This document shows, piece after piece, positions 1 to 22,230 of a DNA stretch of 64,000 nucleotides. The position numbers and the translations under genes were made by a program. Each line of letters begins with the position of its first letter. Within the stretch, counting starts at the first letter, position 1. The notes beneath the pieces were generated by a model. It ran no database searches, was not told the origin of the DNA, and saw only the letters and a list, made by a program, of their open reading frames with translations. The DNA comes from the human T2T-CHM13v2.0 reference genome, Homo sapiens. The stretch lies in the NCBI RefSeq assembly GCF_009914755.1, contig NC_060936.1. One strand, given 5' to 3'.

Positions 1-407
1 CTCTGGAAAACTACTGAAAGCTGTTCACAGCGGAAGTTGATGATCGGCCACTGGGCAGAGAAACCAGTGGTCCCCAGAGACCATCTAAGTTTCTGCACTG
101 ACCCGGCCTTTTCTCCTAGGAAATATTGATCAAAATAAAGGGGCTACTGGCTTGACTTAGAAAGCTGTCTTTAGACAGCTGGAACTGGAACATCTAGCCT
201 TCCAGTTCCCTTGCTGGGCATCTAAGCCCCACATTGATGATTTCTGGAATAAGTGCTTTCCACCATCCCTTCCATCTGCCCACATACTGGCCTGCACCCA
301 ACCCTGCAGGGAAGCTCCATCCAGATTTTAGGGCCCTCCAGAGCCAAGAATAGGCTTCCAGGGCCTGCTCAGGGCAAATTGTCTTTTCTGCTTATGTGTG
401 TTCAAAC

Positions 408-735
408 TTCTTCTTCCTTCTTCCTCCTTGCCTTCTCCTCCTCCTCCTCCTCTTCTTCTTCTTCTTTGCAAGTTCTCTCTGTATTGCCCAGGCTGGAGTA
501 TAGTGGTATGATCTTGGTTCACTGCAGCCTCAACCTCCTGGGCTCAAGCAATCCTCCTACCTCAGCCTCCTAAATAGCTGAGACCACAGGCACGTGCCAC
601 TACACCCTGTAAATTTCAAAAGTTTTTTTTGTAGAGAAGGGGTCTCACTCTGTTGGCCAGGCTGGTCTCGAACTCCTGGGCTCAGGCGATCTTCCTGCCT
701 TAGCCATCCAAACTGCTGAGATTACAGGCATGGCC
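408..735 (-). mobile_element. AluJ with (CTT/CTC)n-derived tail
   Basis: Antisense Alu with J-type right arm (cagcctcaacctcctgggctcaagcaatcc); pyrimidine triplet run at ~408-465 occupies the tail position. Confidence 0.9.
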
Positions 736-957
736 TCATGTTCTTATAGCCTTGAAATTAGAATAAAATCATGGCCTTAGAGCCAGTTGGGAGACTAAGG
801 CTAACCCTAGAGAGGCCAGAGGCTGTGAGTAGGCCCAGAGCAGGCAGCTCTCATCTCTGGCTGCCCACTCTCTGGGTTAACCTCGGAAGACCATTCTCTG
901 CCACTTCCAAGTCTTGTTTGGCTGCATTTGGCTTGGCCAGGTTCTTGCCAGTTACAT

Positions 958-1100
958 GGAATCAGACTACTGGAATCAAACTCCAGTTCTGTCCCCTTAG
1001 TGGTTGGGTGGCTTTGGGCAGGTGATGTGACATCTCCAAGCTTCAGTTTTGTCATCTATAAAGATAGTACAGAATGGAATGAAATAATGTAAGGGTGTGC
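958..1100 (+). mobile_element. MIR
   Basis: Degenerate MIR core (ctttgggcaggtga...cttcagttttgtcatctataaa). Confidence 0.7.
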
Positions 1101-1125
1101 TTCGCCTGCGACCAGACACATAATA

Positions 1126-1665
1126 TGGGGATTGTATTTTCCGTATTTTCTAAAATTAGCCATGACAGTATTTCCAGTCTCACATGTTCTTCTAGAACCT
1201 TACCACTCCCCTAGCAAGAAATGGAATCTATGGTCCCTCCCCTTACCTGCGGGATGGGGTACGGTGGATGTCATGCTATGCAGCTCTGGAGACTTGGTCT
1301 CAGAAGGTAATATAGCTTCCATCCAGCTTTCCTGTTTTCTTGGGATACTTGCTCCTGGAACCCTGCTGCAGTGCTGGGAGGAGGCCAAGGTCACATGAAG
1401 AGCGTCTGCGTAGGTGACCTAGGTGACAGCCCCAGGTGAGGTCCCAGTTAACAGCCAGCATCCACCACCGTTGCACATGTGAGTGAAGAATTTTCAAATG
1501 ACTCTAGCACCCTTCCAACCTCCCAGGGGATGCTGAGCAGGACAGGTTAGCTTTCCCCACAGAGTCCTGGTACAATTACAGATATATGAGCTCAATAAAT
1601 AACTGGTATGGCTTTAAGCCACCAAACATCCAGGTGTTTTGTTATGCACAATAGATGAGCAGAAC
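1126..1665 (+). mobile_element. MaLR LTR, MLT1F/G-like
   Basis: 5' gattgtattttcc...cacatgttcttctagaacc; MaLR-type 3' end tttaagccac...ttgttatgcacaatagatgagcagaaca. Confidence 0.7.
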
Positions 1666-1746
1666 ACGCAAAGGCCACAATCACCCTTGGTGCATCTCTC
1701 CATGCCTCTCTCTTGCTCACACTTCACACTCCCTATCCAGCAGTAA

Positions 1747-2080
<334 letters not shown>

Positions 2081-2291
2081 TAAATCCAACCCCTTTAAGT
2101 CCAAGCCACCATCATCTCTTGCTGGGAGGACTAAATGATTTCTTCTCTTGCCTGCCTACTGTCTCTTCTCCATGCACAGCCCAGAACGATCTCAGAAACA
2201 GAAATAAGATGTCACTCCCTGCTCCAAAGGTCCAATGGCTTCTTGTCAAACTTGGAATAAAATCCAAACTCCTGACTGCGACCTACAAAAG

Positions 2292-2440
2292 TCAGTGCTC
2301 CAAGAAGAAGAAGGAAAAAAAAAAGCCCTGATTTATAGCTTTTGCCAATTTTCATAGTGTTAATACTCCCATCACAATCAATTTCAAGCTTACCAATTTC
2401 AGGCAGCAGCATCTGGCATCTGGCTCCCAGGAGCCAGGGG
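2292..2440 (+). mobile_element. MER63A-like hAT MITE
   Basis: aaaagccctgatttatagct...aatactcccatc...atttcaagcttaccaa resembles recalled MER63A consensus. Confidence 0.65.
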
Positions 2441-2692
2441 AGTCTCTGACTCATCTCCAACCTCAAACTCTTCCACCTTCTTGCTCCTGCCTTGAGCCAC
2501 ACTGGCCTTGCTGTGCCTGAAGCATCCCAAGCAAACCCCCATCCTAGAGCCATTCCTTCCACAGGAATGCTCTTCCCCAGCTATTTATTCCTTCATTCCA
2601 TTCAGATCTCTGTTCAACTGTCACCCTGGCAGAGAGGGTTTCCCTGACCACCGGAATAAAATGCTCCCTAGCCCTCAATCCTTCCATCACAC

Positions 2693-3285
<593 letters not shown>

Positions 3286-3467
3286 CCCCTTCCCATTTTT
3301 CTGTTTTTCTCCATCTGATTCTTCACTGCCTGACATTGTGTTATGTCTTTGATTGCCTGTTTTCTGTTTCCACGTGGGTGGGGATTTTTGTCTGCTTGCT
3401 ATTCTTGCTTTTGTGCCTGGGCCCGTGCCTGGCACATACAAGGTATTCAGTAAAAAATTCTTGAATA

Positions 3468-4208
<741 letters not shown>

Positions 4209-4699
4209 CTATTCACCTCACATCACAGGCCTGGCAGGGCCTGGGAGCTGATGGCTGTTTCTAGGAGGAAGAAAGGCCATTTGTGGGCCATCTCACGGGG
4301 CAGAACAGGCCTCTCTCTGGCCCAAGAGTGCCCATCACTGCAGCCGCCGGGGCAAGGGACAGTCTCTTTTTGACTTTGCTGCTTTATAGATTAAGGAAGA
4401 GAAACCACCCGAGGGAGTTAAGGCTGGAAAAAAAAATCTTAATTATTTTGACAGTGGGAGTGGGAGAGGGAAACAAATGGCTCATTATTGATTTAATTTT
4501 CCAAAGTCCAAAATCAGCATGGCAACATCACCAAGGTAAATAAAAATTAAAAGAATAATCATCCCTCTCCTTTCATACTCATTCTATGTATTTGTTGCTG
4601 TTTATTTCTTTGTTTTGTGCTTATGTTTAAAGATAAAAACAAAATAACCTGTTGCAAGTTGGGTTTTCCAGAAGCAGGCACTGAGATGTATGACAGGCT

Positions 4700-5200
4700 T
4701 TGAAAATATACAATGATTTATTTATTGTTCAGTGTAAAAAGTCACGTTGCAGAGCAGTATATAAGTCATAAACCTGTTTGTGTAAAATAAAAAAGTATGA
4801 GGTGGTTATATATCCTTGTCTAGGCAGAGAAAATTTCCGGTAGGGGGCTGGGCAGAGTGGCTCACACCTGCAATCCCAGCGCTTTGGGAGGCTGAGGCAG
4901 GTTGATCGCTTGAGCCCAGGTTTTCAAGACCAGCCTGGGCAACATAGCAAGACCCTGTGCAGTGGCTCACGCCTGTAATCTCAACATAGCGAGACCTCAA
5001 CAATAAAATAAAAATCTCAACAATAAAAATAAATTTAACAAAAAGAAAATTTCTGGCAGGATATACACAAAATGTCAACAGTGGGGAGTGTGGCTGGCTG
5101 GGAATAGGTGCTGGTGTTCCCCTTGTTATCTTCTATACTCTTTGAATTGTTTTAAAAGTATCAGACAGATATTACTTACATAATAAAAATTTCAGATTAA
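4700..5200 (+). mobile_element. L1ME 3' fragment interrupted by an Alu left monomer (4846-5040)
   Basis: AT-rich L1ME-like sequence; TSD agaaaatttc(c/t)gg(t/c)agg flanks the monomer. Confidence 0.6.
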
Positions 5201-5283
5201 AATGTTGGTCATGATTTTTGGTCTACCTTTTAAAAATTTTTAGCAGTTTACTGTCCATGTTTGAATAATGCAAATACAATATG

Positions 5284-6304
<1,021 letters not shown>

Positions 6305-6633
6305 ATGTGTTAAATATTTAGAAAACATGGAAACGTGGAAAGGATGAAATCACACATAATTCTACCATCCAGCAAGACCCACAGCAAGATGCTGCTTCTG
6401 GCTCAGAGTGAAGTTGCCGGGGGCTTGGTGTCCATGCTCCTCACCTCACCACTTGCCTTCGGAAAGCTGGGGGTAGATTTAGCATCTGAAGAGCCTGCCT
6501 CCACACAAATGGGATGGCAGGGCAGTTTGGCCCTTTCAGCTTGCTATGGACTTTCTATGAAAAGGTGATGCTTCCTTCTATAAGGTCATAAAATTCCATA
6601 CACCAGAGAATTTGAGTGTGACATGATTTAGAG

Positions 6634-6846
6634 CAGGAGATGGTAACTTTTTCTGTAAAGCTCCAGATAGAAAATATTTTTGACTTTTGCAGGCCCAGTG
6701 GTCTTTGTCATGAATACTCATCTGCCAATGTAGCATGAAAGCAGTCTTTGACAATACATCAAAGAATGAATGAGTGTGGTTGTTTCCTAATAAAACTTTA
6801 TTTACAAAAATGTGGTGGGCCCATGACCCTCATCAGACGGTGCTTG
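6634..6846 (+). mobile_element. MER58A hAT MITE
   Basis: ttttctgtaaag...aataaaactttatttacaaaaa; flanked by tttagag direct repeat. Confidence 0.8.
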
Positions 6847-6912
6847 CTTTAGAGCAGTGATATATTTTTAAATTTAATTTAATATTTTAATTAGAAGCAA
6901 TGATTACTTTAA

Positions 6913-7607
<695 letters not shown>

Positions 7608-7765
7608 GGTAATCTCTTTTTAACAAAGAGAAAGTAGACCTCAAGTCCAGTCGTTAGAAGGTGTGAAAATACCCAGTCTGAATGTAAGAAAACTGGCCTT
7701 CAAAGTGTATATATTTACAATTATCTTCTATTTATGGCACGTGACACTGATTTTACATTTATGAT
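7608..7765 (+). mobile_element. Old hAT-Charlie-type fragment (subfamily uncertain)
   Basis: aaagagaaagtagacctcaag...cttctatttatggcacgtgacactgattttacatttatg; a related antisense copy lies at ~51310-51545. Confidence 0.5.
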
Positions 7766-8072
7766 TTTTTTTTTCTTTTTTTTTTTTTTTGAGACAGAAT
7801 CTCACTCTGTTGCCCAGGCTGCAGTGCAGTGTCACAATCTTGGCTCACTGCAGCCTTGACCTTTGGGTCTCAAGCAATCCTTCCACCTCAGCCTCCCCAG
7901 TAGCTGGGATTACAGGTGCCCGCTACCACGCCCAGCTAATTTTTGTATTTTTAGTAGAGAAAGCGTTTCACCATGTTGGCCAGGCTAGTCTCGAACTCCT
8001 GATCTCAGGTGATCTGGCTGCCTCAGCCTCCCAAAGTGCTGGGATTACAGGCGTGAACCACTGTGCTCAGCC
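7766..8072 (-). mobile_element. Alu with J-like right arm and S-like left arm, no TSD
   Basis: cagccttgacc...caagcaatcc versus caggtgatct; flanks do not match. Confidence 0.85.
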
Positions 8073-8172
8073 AGTACTCTTTATTTTTCTATTAAAAAAA
8101 ATTTATTGAGCACCTGCTACCTGCCAAGCCCTATTCTAGGTGGTAAGCAACAATTAAAAATAAAAAAAAATC

Positions 8173-8466
<294 letters not shown>

Positions 8467-8469
8467 GAC

Positions 8470-8940
8470 ATTCAAGTGTGGCTTGATCCAGGAGCTCAAA
8501 TGATGCTATCCGGGCTGGTCTCTGTGTGTCTCTTTCTTTCCATCACTTAGTTTAGCTTCCTTTTGTGCTAATGCCACTCTCTCAATCAGCTGTTACCCTC
8601 TGGGTGGAAAGGTGGTTGCCAGCAGCCCCCACCATCCCACCCTCACAGGCCCAAGACCAGCAGAGAAGGGAGTTACCTTTATCTTTGCAGGAGATGAAAC
8701 AAAATCCTGGGCCTGACTCTCAGTGGTCCAAATGGAGACACTAATCACTAAGGCCAGAGGCCTGCGAGGCTCTGATTGGCCATGTGCAAATCACATGACT
8801 ACACTGGGTGCAGAAAGTAGAATTTCCATCACTCAGACCAAATGAACCAGTAGCGTGGGTAAGAAGCTGTTCAGAGGAAAACTGAGGTATTGTTACTTGA
8901 AGAAGTGTGAATAGGTGGGGGTGCGTGGGTAAAGAAACAA
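8470..8940 (-). mobile_element. MLT1K-like MaLR LTR fragment
   Basis: ggcttgatccaggagctcaaatgatg...ctctgattggcca...aaactgaggtattgttac. Confidence 0.65.
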
Positions 8941-9044
8941 TGTAAGTGGTTGGAATTTGGCAGCTGAATTTAAGGGGGGTGGTGGATCTCATTTCTCTGA
9001 GTTCTAACTTGGCTATCCTTGGTTGCATCAGAACATTATTTCTG

Positions 9045-9205
9045 GACCAGGCACAGTGGCTCATGCCTGTAATCTGAGCACTTTGGGAGGCCAAGGTGGG
9101 AGGATCGCTGTGGCCAGGAGTTCCAGGCTGCAGTGAACTATGATGGTGCCACTGCACTCCAGCCTAGACGACAGAGCAAGATTCTGTCTCAAAAGAAAAA
9201 AAAAA
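9045..9205 (+). mobile_element. Alu monomer (FAM/FRAM-like)
   Basis: Single arm with A tail. Confidence 0.85.
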
Positions 9206-9707
9206 AGACTAGAAAAAAATTATTACTAAAAAATTTTTGGCAGTTGTGGCCTGGTGTCCCTTGCCAAGAGATGCATTCATCAGGATGAAAAGGTCCAGCT
9301 GCGTAATGAATGAACCTAGTGGAGAGATGGGCAGGTCTACCGTGAGTGGAATGGGTGCCCACTGAGCTCAAGGGAAAGTGGGACTTGGTGTTGGGGCAGC
9401 TCATACCCTCGTGTCTGGACCAACCTCAGGGCTGATCTGACATGGATGGGTGTTTCTGATTTGTCTCTTTGCAGAAAGCAGAAGTCACCGGGCTGGCACA
9501 GAGCAGGGGTTGAGGCCTTTGACAGGAGATGGAGATAAGGTGAGGGACAGCCAGATCCCAGGGGCATGGGCAGAGGAGCCACACCCTGCAGGAGGCAGCC
9601 TGGAAACTGTCTCCTCTTTGCAAGACTTGAGAATGTTCCTCTGCGATCCCCAGAAAACACGATCTTCCACAGTGCCGTGCCCAGAGCATAAAAAATAATA
9701 AAATAAG

Positions 9708-10012
9708 GCCAGGCGTGGTGGCTCATGCCTGTAATCCCAGCACTTTGGGAGGCCGAACAGGTGGATCACCTGAGGTCAAGAGTTCGAGACCAGCCTGGCC
9801 AACATGATGAGACCCTGTCTCCACTAAAAATACAAAAATTAGCCAGGCTTGGTGGTGCATGCCTGTAGTCCCAGCTACTCGGGAGGCTGAGGCGGGAGAA
9901 TCACTTGAACCCAGGAGGCAGAGGTTGCAGGAGCCAAGATCATGCCACTGCACTCCAGCCTGGGCGACAGAGTGAGACTCTGTCTCAAAATGAATAAATA
10001 AATAAATAAAAT
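9708..10012 (+). mobile_element. AluS
   Basis: Full dimer, (TAAA)n tail. Confidence 0.95.
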
Positions 10013-10201
10013 AGGAAGGGCGTGTACCATAGATTTCATTTTTGCTGTGTATAACAGAAACTCAAGCACTTACTGATTTGTTTTTCTCTCATATTAAAAT
10101 AAGTTCATGGAGGGGTGGGGGACAACTCAGGTCTTCTGTAGGAAATCCATAGAGTCATCAGGGACCAAGTTTTTCTAACTTTTCCCTTGGCCTCCTTTTG
10201 C

Positions 10202-10805
<604 letters not shown>

Positions 10806-11244
10806 CTCTGTCTCCTTTTGTGCGTTCTCAAGGTTGCTGGAGAGTTTTCATAGCCCATTCTAGAGAGGAACCACAAAGTCACAAAGCAGAGGGTGTGGAC
10901 GTGTGATTCTATTAAAGGAGAAATGGAAGAATTCCAGTCTACCACCAGGACCAAGACAGAGTGTTAATGTTTCTTTTTAATGGCCCTCACTTCCCATCTT
11001 AGTGCTTTGCATCTTGCAGGTGTGCAATAAATATTGCTGCCTGAATTATAGCTTCCTGGCCACTCCAACATGGCAGGAGCTTCCTGCTTGCATGCGAAAT
11101 TGAACACCCAACAATCACACCTAAGATTTATTGCACACTTGACTTCAAGCCTGGCACAGCGCTTAGAGAAACACCTTGCATACATCTTTTAATTTTATTT
11201 AAAGCTTTAAAAATTGTGGCTAAGTATCTTATTATTAAATAATA

Positions 11245-11600
<356 letters not shown>

Positions 11601-11770
11601 ATTAATAATCATTTTTATTAGAGACTTGAGGTCCAGAGAAGTTAAGTGATTTGCCTAAGGTCACATAACAAATTGTGGACTGGGGACTTGAACCCACATC
11701 TGCCTGAGCCAAAAGGCTCTTTTCTTAACTATTAGGTGATCTTGCTTCCTTGATCCTCAAAAAACCACCA

Positions 11771-12081
<311 letters not shown>

Positions 12082-12429
12082 CTACCAAGATAAATGCACT
12101 ATAACGTTCATTGCAATGTCATCAAAGCTAATGCTTATGGGAGGCTTATTTTGTGCCCAGCTGTGTTCTCAGCATTTGATATGAATCATCCGTGTAATCC
12201 TCTCTAACAGTCCTATGAAGTAAGCACTATAATTATCTCAGTTTACAGATGTGGAAGCAGAGTTATAAGGAACTTAAGTGAGTGTCCCTTGAGTGGCTGA
12301 ATTAAGAATCAAACCCAGGCAGCCTGCCTGCCTGCAAAACCTGTAGCAGACACTGTCAGTGCCTCCCCCATAGCCTTTCAGTAATCGCCTTTCTGTGCCA
12401 GAAAGGTTCAAACTGTCCACTCTGCAATT

Positions 12430-12506
12430 GCACAACCCCAAGAGTAAGTGCCTCCTTAAATTTTGCACCCTAGTCACCTCACTTGCCTCCCTCTAGTCGT
12501 GGACCT
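12430..12506. mobile_element. MER96-like hAT MITE end
   Basis: gagtaagtgcctccttaaattttgcaccctag...cttgcctccctctagtc. Confidence 0.5.
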
Positions 12507-12509
12507 GCT

Positions 12510-13125
<616 letters not shown>

Positions 13126-13264
13126 AGTTCAGTCAGAGCCTAAAGTTACACTCTCTACACATACTGCCTATACATGTCAATGTCTTTTGTAACTGCAAAC
13201 AGAACAAGCAGCTTAGAAAAACCCTGGAAGTCACCTAAGTAGGAAACTGGCTAAGAAAATCTTT

Positions 13265-13732
<468 letters not shown>

Positions 13733-14010
13733 TCAAAGTTCAAGGTCATCCAGTCAAGCCAAGAGCAGGCAAACTTTGAAGAGTGGACCAACTTTGCTTC
13801 CCAAACAGCCCAAGAGGAAGGACACCTATTGATAAGATAAACATGAACAAATTTGCCATTTGTTGTGAATGATCATGGTTCAAGCCAGCCTTAAGCAGCA
13901 CCTCAAGCTGTGGGTTTTCTGTTCTTGTGTTGTTATTTTATTTTTTGGTGGGAGAGGCCTGAGGTTGGGAAGAGGAATGTGGAGGAAAGAAGTTGGTGAG
14001 TTGGTGTAGC

Positions 14011-14321
14011 TTTTTTTTTTAATTTTTTAAAAATTTTTTAGATGGAGTCTCGCTCTGTCACCCAGGCTGGAATGCAGTGGTACCATCTCAGCTCACTACA
14101 ACCTCCACCTCCCAGGTTAAAATGATTCTTCTGCCTTGGCCTCCTAAGGAGTTGGGATTACAGTTGTGTGCCACAATGCCTGGCTAATTTTTGTATTTTT
14201 AGTAGAGATGGGGTTTTGCCTTGTTGGTCAGGCTGGTCTCGAACTCCTGACCTCAAGTGAACCATCCGCTGTGGCCTCCCAAAGTACTGGGATTCTAGGT
14301 GTGAGCCATCATGCATGGCCG
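14011..14321 (-). mobile_element. AluS
   Basis: TSD ggtg(t/c)agctt. Confidence 0.95.
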
Positions 14322-14368
14322 GTGCAGCTTAAACTGGAGGCAGTTGTGGGGTTCTTGTCAACCCAAAT

Positions 14369-14498
14369 TATGTATATATATGTATATATACACACACACA
14401 CACACAGGCTAAATAATCTATATATATATATATATAGCTATATATATATAGATTATTATGTATAGATATATAGCTATATATATATAGATATATATAGC
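14369..14498. repeat. Compound (TA)n/(CA)n microsatellite
   Basis: Direct reading. Confidence 0.95.
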
Positions 14499-14579
14499 TC
14501 AGCAAAGTTATAATTCCACTTTGAGATCAAGGTCAGGCCTTCGTCAGGCCTGGGATCTGAATATCAGCTGAACTTGTCC

Positions 14580-14790
14580 TTGTACCACCTATTAACAGAG
14601 CCCTTTCTCAACTCCAAGCCCTTTATGGACAAGATCTCATCTAATCCTTACCATAACCCTATGACGTATAAGCAGTATCATTATCCTTATTTCACGGATG
14701 AGGAAAATGGAGTCCCAGGAGGTTAAGCGACTTGTTCAAAGTCACCTAGGATTCGATGTTGGGAAGAGCTGGGATTCAAACTGAGGTCCA
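14580..14790 (-). mobile_element. MIR
   Basis: ttcacggatgaggaaaatggag...gttaagcgacttgttcaaagtcac...gagctgggattcaaac. Confidence 0.8.
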
Positions 14791-14834
14791 TCTTCTTCCA
14801 CATCCTTTGGTCCTTCCCAGAACCCTGGGGCAGA

Positions 14835-15330
14835 TGTGTAAGTCAGCTTTGCTGCATAACAAACAATCCTCACATCTCAATGGTTTACAACAATACACGT
14901 GGATTTCTTGCTCTTGTTAATGTCAGTGGCTGCAGCTGTGGCTACGCTGGGCTCTGCTCTGTGTGTCTTTTCATTCTGGGGTCTTATGGGACATGCCCAT
15001 TCTTGTTGCAGAAGGGAAACTTGTAAGAAAGCAGGAGAAAACCCTAGCTATGCCTCTTACAGCTCTTAGGTGGATGTGACGGGCATTACATATTCTGTTG
15101 GCCAAAGCATGCCATATGGCCAAGTCAGTTGGCGGAAAACAGAGAAAGGAGTGAAAAATTAAAAACAATAATATATTCCACCATGTTTGCCCGCTTGGTT
15201 ACAAAGATTTATTTCTGTCCCATCTGCTCTCAAAATACACCTCCCCATCACCCAAGGAAGACACCTCAAAAAGTCACATCCAGTCATGACAGAAGGCTTT
15301 GAGTCTAGGATCTTGTGCTGGTCTCCAATT
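14835..15330 (-). mobile_element. MLT1H/I-like LTR plus adjacent MaLR internal fragment
   Basis: tgctgcataacaaacaatcc...ttctgttggccaaagcatgccatatggccaag...tattccacca. Confidence 0.6.
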
Positions 15331-15794
15331 CATTTGCAGAGAGATCATTGCCTCCAAGAGCCTTTTCTGCAGGCCCTTGTACTGTCTGAAACGAATAGAA
15401 TAGACTGTCACTGTTTCAGATTCCCACGGGACAACTTGGGGGAAGGCATTTCAGTAGCAGGAGAGCTGGAAGACTAGCTAGGCCAGTCACAGCAGGAGAT
15501 AATAGTAATAGTAATAATAATAATTACTAACATATATTGTGTGCATCCTGTGGGTCAGGCAGCATGTTAAGAACTGTATCTCTTTTCATCATCACAACAC
15601 CATTTTATTATTTTATTCCATTTGTTAGCATTATCAACCCATTTTATAGAAACGGAGGCGGATGCTTGTCCCTGACCCCAGTTCACAGAATCACTCACTT
15701 AATTCCTGAAATGTCTCCTCACTGCTTACCTCTGATGGCTGACGGTCCTGGGCTATTAACCCTTTAATCTCTACCACTGCTGTCCCACTTCTAA

Positions 15795-17408
<1,614 letters not shown>

Positions 17409-17511
17409 TGTTACCGGAAAGGAGTCCTGATCCAGACCCCAAGAGAGGGTTCTTGGATCTCGCACAAGGAAGAATTCAGGGCAAGTCCGTAAAGTGAAAG
17501 CAAATTTATTA

Positions 17512-17703
<192 letters not shown>

Positions 17704-17714
17704 TCAGCTACTCA

Positions 17715-17837
<123 letters not shown>

Positions 17838-17961
17838 TTAAAGGCTGGGCACAGTGGCTCACGCCTGTAATCCCAGCACTGTGGGAAGCCAAGGTGGGTG
17901 GATCACGAGGTCAGGAGATCGAGACCATCCTGGCTAACACAATGAAACCCTGTCTCTACTA

Positions 17962-18234
<273 letters not shown>

Positions 18235-18268
18235 TTATTCATAGGTGTTTTGGGAAAGGGGGAGGGAT

Positions 18269-18277
18269 TTCCTGGAA
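18269..18277. promoter_or_regulatory. GAS (STAT1) motif TTCCTGGAA in MER41B
   Basis: TTCN3GAA at the position of the second MER41B GAS site; first site decayed (ttttgggaa, 18248-18256). Motif only, binding unverified. Confidence 0.5.
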
Positions 18278-18308
18278 CTGAGAGTTCTTCTTCCTTTTAG
18301 ACCAACAC

Positions 18309-18887
18309 AAATTAAAGAAAGAGGAAAGAAACATGAAAGGTGGCTCACCAGTCAAGACAGGTTTATTTTAGAGAAAACAAACCTGAGAGGAGCTTCTGGC
18401 GAGTTGTCAAAGGCACACTCTCTTACAGACTAAGAGTTTTTAAGGATTCAGGGTGGGAGAGTTTATCAGAGGCTTGGGCTGCTTCTGTGTCTCTTTGTTG
18501 TGCTTATCTGGGAGGGAGAGTTGTGTGTTTGTTGCCAAACATCTTCCTGCAGCTGCAGGCATATCCTCTGAGTCTACTTTTAGCTTCCCTATCTTAGTGC
18601 ACCTGAAGGGAAAGGAATATGCTTATTTAAGGCCCACTGTTTTACTGGGGCCCATTGTATGAGGGTGAAGTTCGGCAGTTACCTAAGAGACATTCCCCCC
18701 ACATCCCTCTGTGCCCGAGCTATCTTATCTGTGTTTTACTCTCTGCTCTTTCTGGCTGCTTGTAGTTAGAAGAGAAGTGATCTCCTTGAAATGAATGAAG
18801 CTGGAAAGGGAGCTGGAACTTAAAGCAGCTTTAAGCTGCTTTAACAAATCTCTGTTTGTCAGAGATTACAGTGCTCCTGCTCTGTCA
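18309..18887 (-). mobile_element. LTR19-type ERV1 solo LTR nested in MER41B
   Basis: Minus strand begins tgacagagcaggagcac...ctttaagttccagctccc; aataaa on the minus strand near 18362. Confidence 0.7.
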
Positions 18888-18969
18888 GTAGCTTCCAGAC
18901 GTTGCCGTGGCATTTGTAAACTGTTGTGGTGCTGGTGGGAGTGTCTTTTAGCAGCTAATGCATTATATT

Positions 18970-18972
<3 letters not shown>

Positions 18973-19021
<49 letters not shown>
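18973..19021. repeat. (AC)~24 microsatellite
   Basis: Direct reading. Confidence 0.98.
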
Positions 19022-19024
<3 letters not shown>

Positions 19025-19106
19025 GGGTGAAGTCATTTGCTCAAGGTCACATGGCCAGGAAGCAGCCATTGCTGCTATATCTATCTATCTATCTAGACAG
19101 ATATAG

Positions 19107-20528
<1,422 letters not shown>

Positions 20529-20679
20529 GGGCTGTGAATGAGATGGGCTTGTATTATCCCATTGGAACCTGGCTTTTCCAGGACTTTCTTCTGACTATAC
20601 TCATCTCTGAGGCGGGTCCCTGTGAATGGTTTTCTTGTCCTGTCATCCACAGGGTTAATCCCATGAGGGATGTGTTCAG

Positions 20680-20890
20680 ATTGCTGCTTGGCTGCTTCCT
20701 GGCTGTGTGACCTTGGGCAAATGACTTCACTTCTCTGAGCTTCAGTTTCCTCCTCTGCAAAATGGAGGTAAGAATAGTGCTTAGCTCATGCAACTGTTGT
20801 GAAGGAATGGAAGAGATAAGCAATGGGAAGTGTTTAGCCTGCAACCTCATCTTAGAGCACCTGATACAATCGAACTATCATTACCATTCT
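20680..20890 (+). mobile_element. MIR
   Basis: ggctgtgtgaccttgggcaaatgacttcacttctctgagcttcagtttcctc. Confidence 0.9.
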
Positions 20891-20935
20891 CAGATAATTT
20901 TTTAAAATAGTGTCTCCTCAAGCAACTGTTTAGAA

Positions 20936-22230
<1,295 letters not shown>

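Noticed and set aside
7608-7765. Inverted similarity with ~51310-51545 as a segmental duplication
   Set aside because: Highly diverged and better explained as two independent copies of an old DNA transposon
9045-9205. 7SL or BC200-like RNA gene
   Set aside because: Diverged Alu monomer with no S domain or BC200 unique 3' region
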